Sequence record: DRR378314_160
Reading direction: 5' to 3' (one strand)
DNA: 61,225 nt
In this document: piece by piece, positions 9,057 to 19,913 of the stretch
Numbering within the stretch: position 1 is the first letter of the stretch
Layout of the letters: the number at the start of each line of letters is the position of its first letter
Translations under genes and position numbers: made by a program
The notes under the pieces: model-generated
Databases searched by the model: none
Told to the model about the DNA's origin: nothing
What the model saw: only the letters and a program-made list of their open reading frames with translations

Positions 9057-10058
9057 ATGACCGAAATCTCCAGCCATCCATACGACGCCCTCACACCCGA
9101 TACTATTCTCGATGCCCTGGAAGATGCCGGATTCGTTGTCAGCGGTCGCCTTTTTGCACTCAACAGCTATGAGAACCGCGTTTACCAGATAGGTATTGAA
9201 GACCAGGCGCCGGTTATTACCAAGTTTTACCGTCCGGGGCGCTGGAGCGAAGCTCAGATCCGGGAGGAACACCAGTTTACCTGCCAGTTACTCGACGCCG
9301 ATATTCCGGTGGTGGCCCCCATGGCAATGCCCTCTGGCGATACACTGGGCCGCTGTGGCGAATTCCTGTTTGCTGTTTTCCCTCAGCGGGGCGGGCAAGC
9401 ACCGGACACCAGTGTGACCGACACGCTCTACCGCCTTGGGCAGTGGCTCGGACAGCTCCATAATATTGGCGACATGGCCAGCTTCCGCCATCGCCCGGTC
9501 ATGTCAATTCTTACGGGCATTAAAGAGAACAATCGCTTCCTGACCGAAAACCGCTGGATTCCAGACGACCTTCGCCCCGCGTGGGACTCGCTGATCCCCG
9601 ATCTTATAGACCATTGTGCCCGCCGGATCGACGATGCCGGAGAGGTTCACTCCCTGCGGATTCATGGCGACTGCCACGCCGGCAACATCCTCTGCCGAGA
9701 AGAGCAGATGCTGTTTGTCGACCTGGACGATTGCCGCACAGGGCCGGCGATTCAGGATCTGTGGCTATTGCTGAACGGTGATGATGTTGAACGCGGCCAG
9801 CAATTTGGCGAATTGCTGGAAGGCTACGAGATGTTCCGCGACTTCAATCGTCGCGAGCGGCACCTGATTGAACCTATGCGCTGCTTCCGGCAGATTTCCC
9901 ATTGCACCTGGCTGGCCAAGCGCTGGGACGACCCAGCCTTCCCGCGTTTCTTTCCCTGGTTTGCCCAACCACGCTTCTGGTCCGACCAGATCCTGTCGCT
10001 GCGTGAACAACTCGCAGCGCTCCAGACCCCTTCCATTAACGTACCCGGCCAGTATTGA
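9057..10058 (+). CDS. srkA: Stress response Ser/Thr protein kinase SrkA (RdoA/YihE)
   Basis: LNSYENRVY, KFYRPGRW, EEHQF, RIHGDCHAGN, VDLDD, RWDDPAFP. Confidence 0.95.
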   Translation: MTEISSHPYDALTPDTILDALEDAGFVVSGRLFALNSYENRVYQIGIEDQAPVITKFYRPGRWSEAQIREEHQFTCQLLDADIPVVAPMAMPSGDTLGRCGEFLFAVFPQRGGQAPDTSVTDTLYRLGQWLGQLHNIGDMASFRHRPVMSILTGIKENNRFLTENRWIPDDLRPAWDSLIPDLIDHCARRIDDAGEVHSLRIHGDCHAGNILCREEQMLFVDLDDCRTGPAIQDLWLLLNGDDVERGQQFGELLEGYEMFRDFNRRERHLIEPMRCFRQISHCTWLAKRWDDPAFPRFFPWFAQPRFWSDQILSLREQLAALQTPSINVPGQY

Positions 10059-10091
10059 GGCCGTTTTTACCGACAGACCGGAGAGCGACTG

Positions 10092-10463
10092 ATGAGCCAG
10101 AGTGAGGCCCGATTTACCATCCGCAGCCTGATTGCCACTGCCATTGCCACCATCATCGTCACCATTGTGGTTTTGGAGGCCAGCGGGCGGATCGATCACG
10201 CCGACAACAAGGATCATGTGCCGGTGGGGGAATTTGAGGCTGTCCACATCAAACCCGGCGAAGAGTTCCGCATGTCGCCCAAATCATCGGAACTTCACGC
10301 TGTCTGTGAGCAGGGCTACCTTGCCATTGCCGCTGATGTGGACCCGGATTTCCGGGGCATACTGGTTGATTATAAAAACCGGGGCGTGCGCTGCAGTCGC
10401 GGCCCAACACCGGCGCACGACAGGCCTGTCCATGAGGGCCAGGAGCCCGCAGCAAATGAGTGA
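10092..10463 (+). CDS. Hypothetical bitopic membrane or exported protein with two cysteines
   Basis: RBS GGAG, hydrophobic LIATAIATIIVTIVVL; 3' end overlaps the cmoA start. Confidence 0.7.
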   Translation: MSQSEARFTIRSLIATAIATIIVTIVVLEASGRIDHADNKDHVPVGEFEAVHIKPGEEFRMSPKSSELHAVCEQGYLAIAADVDPDFRGILVDYKNRGVRCSRGPTPAHDRPVHEGQEPAANE

Positions 10464-11211
10464 CAGAACCAGAAAACCGGGCCAGGCACAGGACCGCCTG
10501 TTCGCCAGTGAACGGGAAAACGGGGAATTCCGGTTTGACGCGTCGGTAGCACGGGTATTCCCCGACATGATTCGGCGCTCAGTGCCAGGCTACACAACGA
10601 TTATTCCGATGATTGAAGTGATCACTGAACAATACGCCCGGCCGGGCAGCCAGTGCTACGATCTTGGCTGCTCACTCGGTGCTTCCACTCTGGCAATGCG
10701 CCATGGCATTGGTGACCGAGACTGCGCCCTGACCGGCGTGGACAATTCGGCCGCCATGATCGAACGCTGCGAGCACTACATCGCACTGGACGACCATCCA
10801 CTGCCGGTTTCACTGAGGTGCGAGGACATCCTGGACACCTCGATTGAGAACGCTTCCGTAACCACGCTGAACTTCACTTTGCAGTTCGTGACCCCGGAAA
10901 GGCGTGCGGAGCTGATGAGGCGCATCGCCGATGCCACCCTACCCGGCGGCGTGCTGATCCTCTCTGAGAAAATCCGCTTTGAATCCGACACCGAGCAATC
11001 AACACAGACGCAACTCCATCACGAGTTCAAGCGAGCCAACGGCTATTCCGACCTGGAAATCAGCCAGAAGCGTTCCGCCCTGGAACAGGTACTGATACCG
11101 GAAACCCTCGCAGAACACCGGGAGAGACTGATAAAGGCGGGATTCAGTCAGGTGATGGTTTGGTACCAGTGTTTCAATTTCGTCTCCATGCTCGCCATTA
11201 AATCGCACTGA
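10456..11211 (+). CDS. cmoA: Carboxy-S-adenosyl-L-methionine synthase
   Basis: FDASVARVFPDMIRRSVPGY, YDLGCSLGA, NFTLQF, FKRANGYSDLEISQKR; ATG at 10456. Confidence 0.96.
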   Translation: MSDRTRKPGQAQDRLFASERENGEFRFDASVARVFPDMIRRSVPGYTTIIPMIEVITEQYARPGSQCYDLGCSLGASTLAMRHGIGDRDCALTGVDNSAAMIERCEHYIALDDHPLPVSLRCEDILDTSIENASVTTLNFTLQFVTPERRAELMRRIADATLPGGVLILSEKIRFESDTEQSTQTQLHHEFKRANGYSDLEISQKRSALEQVLIPETLAEHRERLIKAGFSQVMVWYQCFNFVSMLAIKSH

Positions 11212-11222
11212 ACGGAGCCTTC

Positions 11223-12218
11223 ATGACAACCTTCGACTGGCAGGGGTGCTTTGCCCCGCTGCTTGAGGATCTGGACAGCCGTGGCCTTGAGCGCTGGCGG
11301 AAGCAACTGCAGCAACAGCTGCGCAAGCGCTTTGACGACAACCCCCACGGTGATATTGCGCGCTGGATGCAGGCGCTGGACAGATTACCCGATCTTCCTG
11401 ACGTCGATGCGCAGCTGAATCGATCAGCCGTTACACTCAGCAGCCGTCACCCCCTCTCAACGAACGACCAGGCACAGCTTGAAGAGGGCCTGCGCGGGTT
11501 GATGCCCTGGCGCAAGGGGCCATTCGACTTCTTTGGTACCTATATCGATACCGAGTGGCGCTCCGACTGGAAATGGGATCGGGTAGCGCCCTACCTGTCA
11601 GACCTCAACGGCCGGCAGATACTGGATGTCGGTTGTGGCTCCGGCTATCACTGCTGGCGCATGCTGGGAGAGGGGGCCGGCCGGGTCATTGGCATCGACC
11701 CGGGACTGCTATTCCTGTTCCAGTTTCTGAGCGTCAAACGGTACATCAGCCCCGAGCAGCGTATCGATTTGCTCCCGGTGCGTATGGAAGATCTGCCGCC
11801 AAAGCTGGAAGCGTTCGATACCACCTTTTCGATGGGGGTGCTTTACCACCGGCGATCACCGTTGGATCACTTACTCGAACTGAAGGACACACTCCGGCCG
11901 GGTGGCGAACTGGTGCTGGAAACGCTGATAGCGGATGGACCGGAAGGATACAGTCTGATGCCAGAGGACCGCTACGGCCAGATGCGCAACGTTTGGTTCC
12001 TGCCGAGCTGCGACACCCTGCTACGCTGGCTGGACCGCACCGGTTTCCGAAACGCGCGACTGGTGGATGTCACAGAAACAACCCTTGAGGAGCAACGCAG
12101 CACCGATTGGATGCGATTCCAGTCTCTGCAGGACTTTCTCGACCCGGACGACCCGACGAAAACCGTGGAAGGTTATCCTGGCCCCAAAAGGGCAACGGTT
12201 ATCGCGGACAAGCCTTGA
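11223..12218 (+). CDS. cmoB: tRNA U34 carboxymethyltransferase
   Basis: LMPWRKGPF, IDTEWRSDWKW, LDVGCGSGYH, GVLYHRRSP, MRNVWFLPS. Confidence 0.97.
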   Translation: MTTFDWQGCFAPLLEDLDSRGLERWRKQLQQQLRKRFDDNPHGDIARWMQALDRLPDLPDVDAQLNRSAVTLSSRHPLSTNDQAQLEEGLRGLMPWRKGPFDFFGTYIDTEWRSDWKWDRVAPYLSDLNGRQILDVGCGSGYHCWRMLGEGAGRVIGIDPGLLFLFQFLSVKRYISPEQRIDLLPVRMEDLPPKLEAFDTTFSMGVLYHRRSPLDHLLELKDTLRPGGELVLETLIADGPEGYSLMPEDRYGQMRNVWFLPSCDTLLRWLDRTGFRNARLVDVTETTLEEQRSTDWMRFQSLQDFLDPDDPTKTVEGYPGPKRATVIADKP

Positions 12219-12257
12219 AGATGTCCGCGATACCCCTGACGCAATGGCCTGGGCCGG

Positions 12258-13562
<1,305 letters not shown>

Positions 13563-13634
13563 TCAATGCGGCCTCGCCAAAAGACGGGGTGCCCGCAGGT
13601 TTACCTGTAAATGAGTGGTCCGACCCCGAAGGTA

Positions 13635-14816
13635 TCAGTCCAGCTGCTCCACGACCCACTGGCCGCCACGTTTCACCAGGGCACGGTCGCAGTTGCGCGA
13701 GCCCGGATCGACGCCTTCGTCTTCTGGCAGGGCACGGATAACCGTCTCCGTCATCCGCAAGCCGGAAATCACACCTTCCAGCGCAGGATCGTCGGTGGCA
13801 GGCGCCCATATTGACTTTCCGGTTCGGCCAGCCCGCTGGCCAAGCGAGACCAGCGCACGGATATCAAGACTAAAGCCCGTCGCCGGACGTGCGCGACCGA
13901 AATCACTGCCTATGGCATCGTAGCGACCCCCCTTGGCAACGGCATCCCCGTGCCCGGGCACATAGGCCGCAAACACTAGCCCGGTGTGGTAGTTGTAACC
14001 GCGAAGCTCACAGAAATCGAACCCGAAACTGACCTCTGGATAGTTACCAGCGAGCATATCCGCCACCCGCTCCAGTTGGTCCAGTGCCTGGCGTAGCGGT
14101 TCGGGCGCGCCCTCAAGAATGCGCTTTGCCTCGACCAGGGCTTCCTTTCCACCACTCACCCTGGCCAACTCCCTGAGCATGCCGCCAGCAGACCCCGGGG
14201 GACAATCACTCAGCAATTCATCCAACTCCGGAACCGACTTACGGGCCATGGCATCAAAGATGGCCGCACCGGTATCCCGGTCAAAACCGGCCTCTCCCAC
14301 CAGTGCTTCGTAGATCGCCACATGGGCAAGATCAAGATGAATTTGCGGCAGACCCGACACCCGAAGGGTTTCGAGCATCAGGCTGATCACTTCCAGGTCC
14401 GCCGTCTCGGACGTACTGCCGAAGAGTTCGCAACCGGCCTGTATGGGCGTGCGCCCTGTCAGCATGTGGCGTGGCCGGGTATGGAGCACATGGCCGGCGT
14501 AACACAGCCTTGTAATACCGTCCTGGCCGAGGGTATGGGCATCAATACGCGCCGCCTGCGGCGTCATATCCGCTCGCAGCCCCATCATCCGGCCCGTCAA
14601 CTGATCGGTCAGCTTGAAGGTCTGGAGCTCCAGATCGTGGCCGGTACCAGTGAACAGCGATTCGAGGTATTCGATCAACGGTGGGATAACCAGCTGGTAA
14701 CCCCAACGCTGGCAGGTATCCATTACATCCCGGCGCAGGGATTCAATCTGTCCAGCCAGTGGCGGAAGGATATCTTCCACGCCATCCGGCAGTAGCCAGC
14801 GATCAGATACTGTCAT
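13635..14816 (-). CDS. hisZ: ATP phosphoribosyltransferase regulatory subunit
   Basis: WLLPDGVED, LRADMTPQAARID, RLCY, ELRGYNYHTG, GGRYD; hisZ-purA synteny. Confidence 0.96.
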   Translation of the reverse strand: MTVSDRWLLPDGVEDILPPLAGQIESLRRDVMDTCQRWGYQLVIPPLIEYLESLFTGTGHDLELQTFKLTDQLTGRMMGLRADMTPQAARIDAHTLGQDGITRLCYAGHVLHTRPRHMLTGRTPIQAGCELFGSTSETADLEVISLMLETLRVSGLPQIHLDLAHVAIYEALVGEAGFDRDTGAAIFDAMARKSVPELDELLSDCPPGSAGGMLRELARVSGGKEALVEAKRILEGAPEPLRQALDQLERVADMLAGNYPEVSFGFDFCELRGYNYHTGLVFAAYVPGHGDAVAKGGRYDAIGSDFGRARPATGFSLDIRALVSLGQRAGRTGKSIWAPATDDPALEGVISGLRMTETVIRALPEDEGVDPGSRNCDRALVKRGGQWVVEQLD

Positions 14817-14946
14817 GAGATTCGGTTGTCCGTTCTGTCCCGCGGCGAAAGCTCTGCCCGCGAGAGTGCACAGGATTTAAGGCGAAGCTCGGGGCAAGAT
14901 AAAAACCCGAACCAAAACCGGCAGAATTTTACACTGTTGGCAGGCA

Positions 14947-14980
14947 CAAAAAAACCGGAATACCGAGGTATTCCGGTTTT
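14947..14980 (-). terminator. Intrinsic terminator after hflC
   Basis: Perfect stem AAAACCGGAATACC-GA-GGTATTCCGGTTTT with a U-tract on the minus strand. Confidence 0.85.
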
Positions 14981-14999
14981 GTCACTGCCACCGTTCTGG

Positions 15000-15878
15000 T
15001 TAGCGGTTTCCTTGAGGGTCCTTCAGGAACTTCAGGAAGTCACTATCGGTGTCGATGACCATGATGTCGTCTTCGTTGGCGAAGGTGTTCTGATAGGCCT
15101 CCAGACTGCGATAGAAGCTGTAGAACTCGCTGTTGGAGCCATACGCATCGGCATAGATCTGGGCAGCCTGCGCATCCCCTTCACCACGCGTTTCCTCGGC
15201 CTTGGCAAAAGCTTCCGCCAGAATAACGGTGCGCTGGCGATCAGCGTCCGCGCGGATACCCTCAGCCAACTCGCGACCGCGGGAACGGAACTCCTGCGCC
15301 AGCTTCTCACGCTCAGTGGCCATTCGACGATAGACGTTCTGGCTTACCTGCCCCGGGAATTCAATCGCCTTGACGCGGATATCCACCACTTCAATGCCAA
15401 ATTCCTTGAGCGACGTTTCGTTCACCCGGTCCCGCAGGGTGTGCATCAGCTCATCACGCTGACCGGAAACGACCTCGACCATGGTCCGAACACCGAACTC
15501 GTCCCGCAAGCCGTTGTCCACGCGGGACAGCAGCAGTTCGGAGGCGCGGTATTCGTCACCGCCGGTTGCGCGGTAGAACTGGTCCACGTCGCGAATTTTC
15601 CAGGCGATGTAGGAGTCAACATCAAGAGGCTTTTTCTCGATGGTCAGGTACTGACGCGACGGAAGATCCGTCGTCAGAAGACGAATATCGAACTCGCGCA
15701 CCTGATCAATCACCGGCACCTTGAAATGGATACCTGCTTTTATGTCGGTTTCGATCAATTCACCGAACCGAAGGAGCACACCACGGTGAGTTTCCGGAAT
15801 GATGTACACACTGGAGAGCGTAACGAGTACGACGATCAGGGCGCCTGCAAGGCCCACAATACTTTTGGGTCCCATCAT
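15000..15878 (-). CDS. hflC: FtsH protease modulator HflC
   Basis: SPFH domain, one N-terminal TM, FYSFYRSLEAY. Confidence 0.96.
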   Translation of the reverse strand: MMGPKSIVGLAGALIVVLVTLSSVYIIPETHRGVLLRFGELIETDIKAGIHFKVPVIDQVREFDIRLLTTDLPSRQYLTIEKKPLDVDSYIAWKIRDVDQFYRATGGDEYRASELLLSRVDNGLRDEFGVRTMVEVVSGQRDELMHTLRDRVNETSLKEFGIEVVDIRVKAIEFPGQVSQNVYRRMATEREKLAQEFRSRGRELAEGIRADADRQRTVILAEAFAKAEETRGEGDAQAAQIYADAYGSNSEFYSFYRSLEAYQNTFANEDDIMVIDTDSDFLKFLKDPQGNR

Positions 15879-17077
15879 TATCTACTCCTCCGAACGCCAG
15901 TATCCTGTCTGCCTCGCAGCTCCTGAATCACCTGGTCTGACAGGGTCTTGATATCAATGTCACCACTGCCGGAGCTGCCAGAGCTGTTCTGACCCCCAGA
16001 GCCCGAACCAGAGCGATTGGTCAGTCTATCCAGGGGCAGATACATCATGTTGTCACTGCTCTTGGTGTCCACGAGTACTTTGCTGGTATTCGACAGCACC
16101 CCTTCAATCGCCTGGATGTACATGCGCTCACGGGTCACTTCCGGTGCAGTCTGGTACACATCAAGAACCGCCAGGAAGCGTGATGTTTCACCACGTGCAC
16201 GCTCGATCACTTCTTCCTTGTAGGCCGCCGCCTCTTCTGTCAGGCGCTGCGCCCGGCCACGGGCCTCGGGAACGACCTTGTTACGGTAGGTTTCGGCTTC
16301 TTCCTTAACCTGCTGCTCGTCCTCACGGGCGCGCTGCACTTCGCGGAAGGCGTCCTGAACTGCGTCGGGTGGCTGGGTGCTCTCGACGTTCACGCGAACA
16401 ATCGTCAGGCCAGTCCCGTATTCTTCCAGGAAGCTCTGCAGACGCTGCTCTACGCGAACGGCCAACTCGGCACGACCCTCCGTCAGCACATCGTCAAGCG
16501 TTGAGCTGCCCACTTCGTGACGCAATGCACTGTCCGTGGCAAAGGCAAGAGCCTGATTCGAGTCACGGACGTTGAGCACGTATGACCTGGCATCGCCCAC
16601 TCGATACTGCACCTGGAGATCAACAGAAACGAGGTTTTCATCCTGAGTCAGCATCTGACCGGTGGACTCTGCATTCCGCACGTTGGTAACCCTGACCAGA
16701 TAGACGCTATCGATCAACGGAACCTTGAATCGCAGGCCCGGCGTCTCGGTGCGGCTGAACTCACCGAAGCGCAGCACAACCGCGCGCTCCTGTTCGTTCA
16801 CGGTGTAGAACGACTGAAAAATCACATACCCGGCAAAAATAATGGCCGCCAGCGCAAGGATGGCGCCAAAACCACCGGCACCGCCGCCCGAGGAAGAGCT
16901 TCCGCCATTGCCTCCGGATTTATTGCCCTTGCCACCCAGCAGTCGGTTGAGTTTGTCGAGGCCCTTTTTCAGCGCCTCGTCCAGGTCTGGTGGACCCTGA
17001 TCATTGCCGCCACGACCACCACCGGTTCCCCAGGGATCGTTATCGTTGCGGTTTCCACCCGGTTCATTCCAGGCCAT
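15878..17077 (-). CDS. hflK: FtsH protease modulator HflK
   Basis: MAWNEPG...DPWG...PPDLDE N-terminus, SPFH domain, APEVTRERMY. Confidence 0.97.
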   Translation of the reverse strand: MAWNEPGGNRNDNDPWGTGGGRGGNDQGPPDLDEALKKGLDKLNRLLGGKGNKSGGNGGSSSSGGGAGGFGAILALAAIIFAGYVIFQSFYTVNEQERAVVLRFGEFSRTETPGLRFKVPLIDSVYLVRVTNVRNAESTGQMLTQDENLVSVDLQVQYRVGDARSYVLNVRDSNQALAFATDSALRHEVGSSTLDDVLTEGRAELAVRVEQRLQSFLEEYGTGLTIVRVNVESTQPPDAVQDAFREVQRAREDEQQVKEEAETYRNKVVPEARGRAQRLTEEAAAYKEEVIERARGETSRFLAVLDVYQTAPEVTRERMYIQAIEGVLSNTSKVLVDTKSSDNMMYLPLDRLTNRSGSGSGGQNSSGSSGSGDIDIKTLSDQVIQELRGRQDTGVRRSR

Positions 17078-17155
17078 AGTGTTCTCCGTTCCAAACTAAT
17101 CGAATGGCTGCAAATACTAGGGATTTATAAGCGCCCCGGCAATAGCACAGCCGGT

Positions 17156-18454
17156 CTATATACGTTGTTCTTCCAGCCTTACATCATTTTCGCGTACGCC
17201 CGCCCGACTTAAAAGCTGCAACCAGTCACGGTGCTGCAATCGAACCTCCAGTACCGAATCCCCGCTATCGCGGTGACTTTCTGCCAACACGGACCCCGCC
17301 TCATGCAGAAGCGCCCGCAGTTTGCCGTCCCTGGGGCCGAGCAGTACGAATTGGTGAATCACATCCTCCGCCAGGCGCTCCACAATACAATCGAACAGCC
17401 CATCAATCCCTTCTCCGGTCACCGCGGACACCCAGACACGAACCGGCACGCCCTCTTCGTTGCGCTCGATTCGCGGCTGGAAATTCTCCAGAAGGTCAAT
17501 CTTGTTGAAAACCTGAAGCACGGGGATTTCATCGGCACCAATTTCCGCCAGCACCTCTTCCACCTGCTCCATGTTCTCCTCACGCCGATGGTCGTGACAA
17601 TCAATGATGTGAAGGAGAATCGTGGCTTCCGTGGTCTCTTCCAGAGTGGCACGGAAGGCTTCTACCAGCTTGTGGGGAAGATGGCGGATAAACCCGACGG
17701 TATCGGCCATTACGACCGGGCCGATATCCGGAAGTTCCAGCCGTCGCAACGTGGGATCGAGGGTGGCAAAGAGCTGATCCGCCGCATACACAGTCGCCGT
17801 CGTAATGCGATTAAACAGTGTTGACTTGCCGGCGTTGGTATAACCCACCAGCGACACTGTCGGGATGTCCGCCCGCATCCGGGCCCGGCGCCCCTGATTT
17901 CGCTGCTTACGGACTTTCTCAAGACGACGGTGAATGGACTTGATCCTTTCCCTGAGCAGGCGCCGGTCGGTTTCCAGTTGGGTTTCGCCGGGGCCGCGCA
18001 GCCCGATACCGCCCTTCTGACGCTCAAGGTGGGTCCAGCCCCGAATCAAACGGGTCGACATGTGCTCAAGTTGAGCCAGCTCCACCTGAAGCTTGCCTTC
18101 ATGGGTGCGGGCACGCTGGGCGAAAATGTCCAGAATGACGCCAGTACGGTCGAGCACACGGCAGCTCAGCTCGCGCTCGATGTTCCTTTCCTGGCTGGGA
18201 CTGAGAGCGTGATTGAAAAGCACGACGTCCGCTTCGTTGGCCGTTACCGCGTCACGAATCTCTTCCAGCTTTCCCGTGCCAACAAACAACCTCGAACTCG
18301 GCTGTTTGCGTGAGCCGGTCACAACACCGACGGGTTCTACCCCGGCAGACCAGACCAGTTCGCGGAACTCGTCCAGGTCCTCGGACTCTTCATGGGAGGA
18401 AAATTCGATATGAACGAGAATCGCCCGTTCACCAACGTCGGGACGCTCAAACAA
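17156..18454 (-). CDS. hflX: Ribosome rescue GTPase HflX
   Basis: GPGETQLETDRR, GYTNAGKS, LFATLDPT, DTVGF, NKID; TTG start. Confidence 0.97.
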   Translation of the reverse strand: MFERPDVGERAILVHIEFSSHEESEDLDEFRELVWSAGVEPVGVVTGSRKQPSSRLFVGTGKLEEIRDAVTANEADVVLFNHALSPSQERNIERELSCRVLDRTGVILDIFAQRARTHEGKLQVELAQLEHMSTRLIRGWTHLERQKGGIGLRGPGETQLETDRRLLRERIKSIHRRLEKVRKQRNQGRRARMRADIPTVSLVGYTNAGKSTLFNRITTATVYAADQLFATLDPTLRRLELPDIGPVVMADTVGFIRHLPHKLVEAFRATLEETTEATILLHIIDCHDHRREENMEQVEEVLAEIGADEIPVLQVFNKIDLLENFQPRIERNEEGVPVRVWVSAVTGEGIDGLFDCIVERLAEDVIHQFVLLGPRDGKLRALLHEAGSVLAESHRDSGDSVLEVRLQHRDWLQLLSRAGVRENDVRLEEQRI

Positions 18455-18573
18455 GTAGTAATAACTCCAAATCAGTCAGGTTGCACTCGCCAACAAAACA
18501 AACACCCGCGGCCCTGGGAGCCTGATCAGGCCCTTCGGGAGCGCGGGTGGAAACACCGGTATGGCCGGGTAAA

Positions 18574-18822
18574 TCAGTCTTCAGACTCTTCTCCGCCCGG
18601 CGCCTGTGGCGGAATACGAACATTCCGCGCAGGCACCACAGTGGAAATAGCATGCTTGTAGACCATCTGGCTGACAGTGTTTTTCAGCAAAATCACGAAC
18701 TGGTCAAATGATTCAATCTGGCCCTGAAGCTTAATACCATTGACCAGAAAGATGGAAACCGGAATGCGTTCCTTGCGTAATGCATTGAGGTAAGGGTCTT
18801 GTAGAGAGTGCCCTTTTGACAT
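18574..18822 (-). CDS. hfq: RNA chaperone Hfq
   Basis: [73 protein letters not shown]. Confidence 0.99.
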   Translation of the reverse strand: MSKGHSLQDPYLNALRKERIPVSIFLVNGIKLQGQIESFDQFVILLKNTVSQMVYKHAISTVVPARNVRIPPQAPGGEESED

Positions 18823-18862
18823 GTGTTTTCTCCTGTTTATAAGTAAAGGCAGATCGTCAACT

Positions 18863-19906
18863 TCAATTGTTAAATGTGGTGCGAAACTCAATAATTTTCA
18901 AGGCAGTGTCTGATATAAGTTCGTCGTCACTGTGCAGCCAGTCCACGTCCGACCACTTTCGCAACCAGGTCAGCTGTCGCTTGGCAAGCTGACGGGTAGC
19001 AGCAACGCCCTTATCCACCATGGTGCCCAGGTCATCGTCGCCAGCCAGGTAAGCCCAAGCCTGACGATACCCAACGCAGCGCATGGAAGGCAGGCCCGGG
19101 TTCAGATCCCCCCTGGCCATCAGCCCCCTGACTTCATCCAGAAAACCTGCGTCCAGCATTGCCTGAAAACGCAGCGCTATTCTTTCATGGAGTATCCGCC
19201 TCTCGGCGGGAGCCATCGCAAGCTGCACTACAGTATACGGAAGAGACGGCGATTCGTCTGCCTGCCATTGAGTGAAATAGGTGTAATCCTCAATGCCCTC
19301 CCTGTTCCTGCCATCCTCTGCGGGCCCCTTGCTCGGCTTGCCCTGCCACAAGGACGATATCGGCTGCCCCGTCAGGCGAATCACCTCAAGTGCGCGAATC
19401 AATCGTTGTCGATTGTTGCGATGAATCAGCCTGGCCGCCACCGGATCCTGTTGTTCAAGCTCCTGATGGAGGGCACCCCAGCCCCGCTCCATGGCATCCC
19501 GCTCAAGGGCTTCCCGGACGGCCGGATCAGCGGATGGCAGGTCGGACATTCCATGAAGCAATGCCTTGAAATACATCATGGTGCCGCCCACCAGCAACGG
19601 AATGCGCCCCGCTGAGGTGATTGCTGCCATTTCACGCAGGGCGTCACGTCGAAAGTCCGCCGCCGAGTAAGTTTCCGCGGGGTCACAGATATCAATCAAC
19701 CGGTGTGGCGCCTGGGAGAGCTCGTCCGGCGATGGCTTGGCGGTGCCAATGTCCATGCCACGGTAGATCATCGCCGAATCAACACTGACGATATCGCAGG
19801 GCAGATGCTGGCAGAGCTCAATGGCCAGATCGGTCTTTCCTGAGGCTGTGGGGCCCATCAGGCATATGACAGGGGGCTTTTTACCGTCCACATGTGGTGC
19901 ACTCAT
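18863..19906 (-). CDS. miaA: tRNA dimethylallyltransferase
   Basis: [44 protein letters not shown] at 19906. Confidence 0.97.
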   Translation of the reverse strand: MSAPHVDGKKPPVICLMGPTASGKTDLAIELCQHLPCDIVSVDSAMIYRGMDIGTAKPSPDELSQAPHRLIDICDPAETYSAADFRRDALREMAAITSAGRIPLLVGGTMMYFKALLHGMSDLPSADPAVREALERDAMERGWGALHQELEQQDPVAARLIHRNNRQRLIRALEVIRLTGQPISSLWQGKPSKGPAEDGRNREGIEDYTYFTQWQADESPSLPYTVVQLAMAPAERRILHERIALRFQAMLDAGFLDEVRGLMARGDLNPGLPSMRCVGYRQAWAYLAGDDDLGTMVDKGVAATRQLAKRQLTWLRKWSDVDWLHSDDELISDTALKIIEFRTTFNN

Positions 19907-19913
19907 AAAGGCG

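Noticed and set aside
18500..18552. Hairpin (ACCCGCG...CGCGGGT) between hfq and hflX
   Set aside because: It has no U-tract and is most likely an ordinary mRNA processing or stability structure in a known superoperon; there is no evidence for a separate ncRNA.
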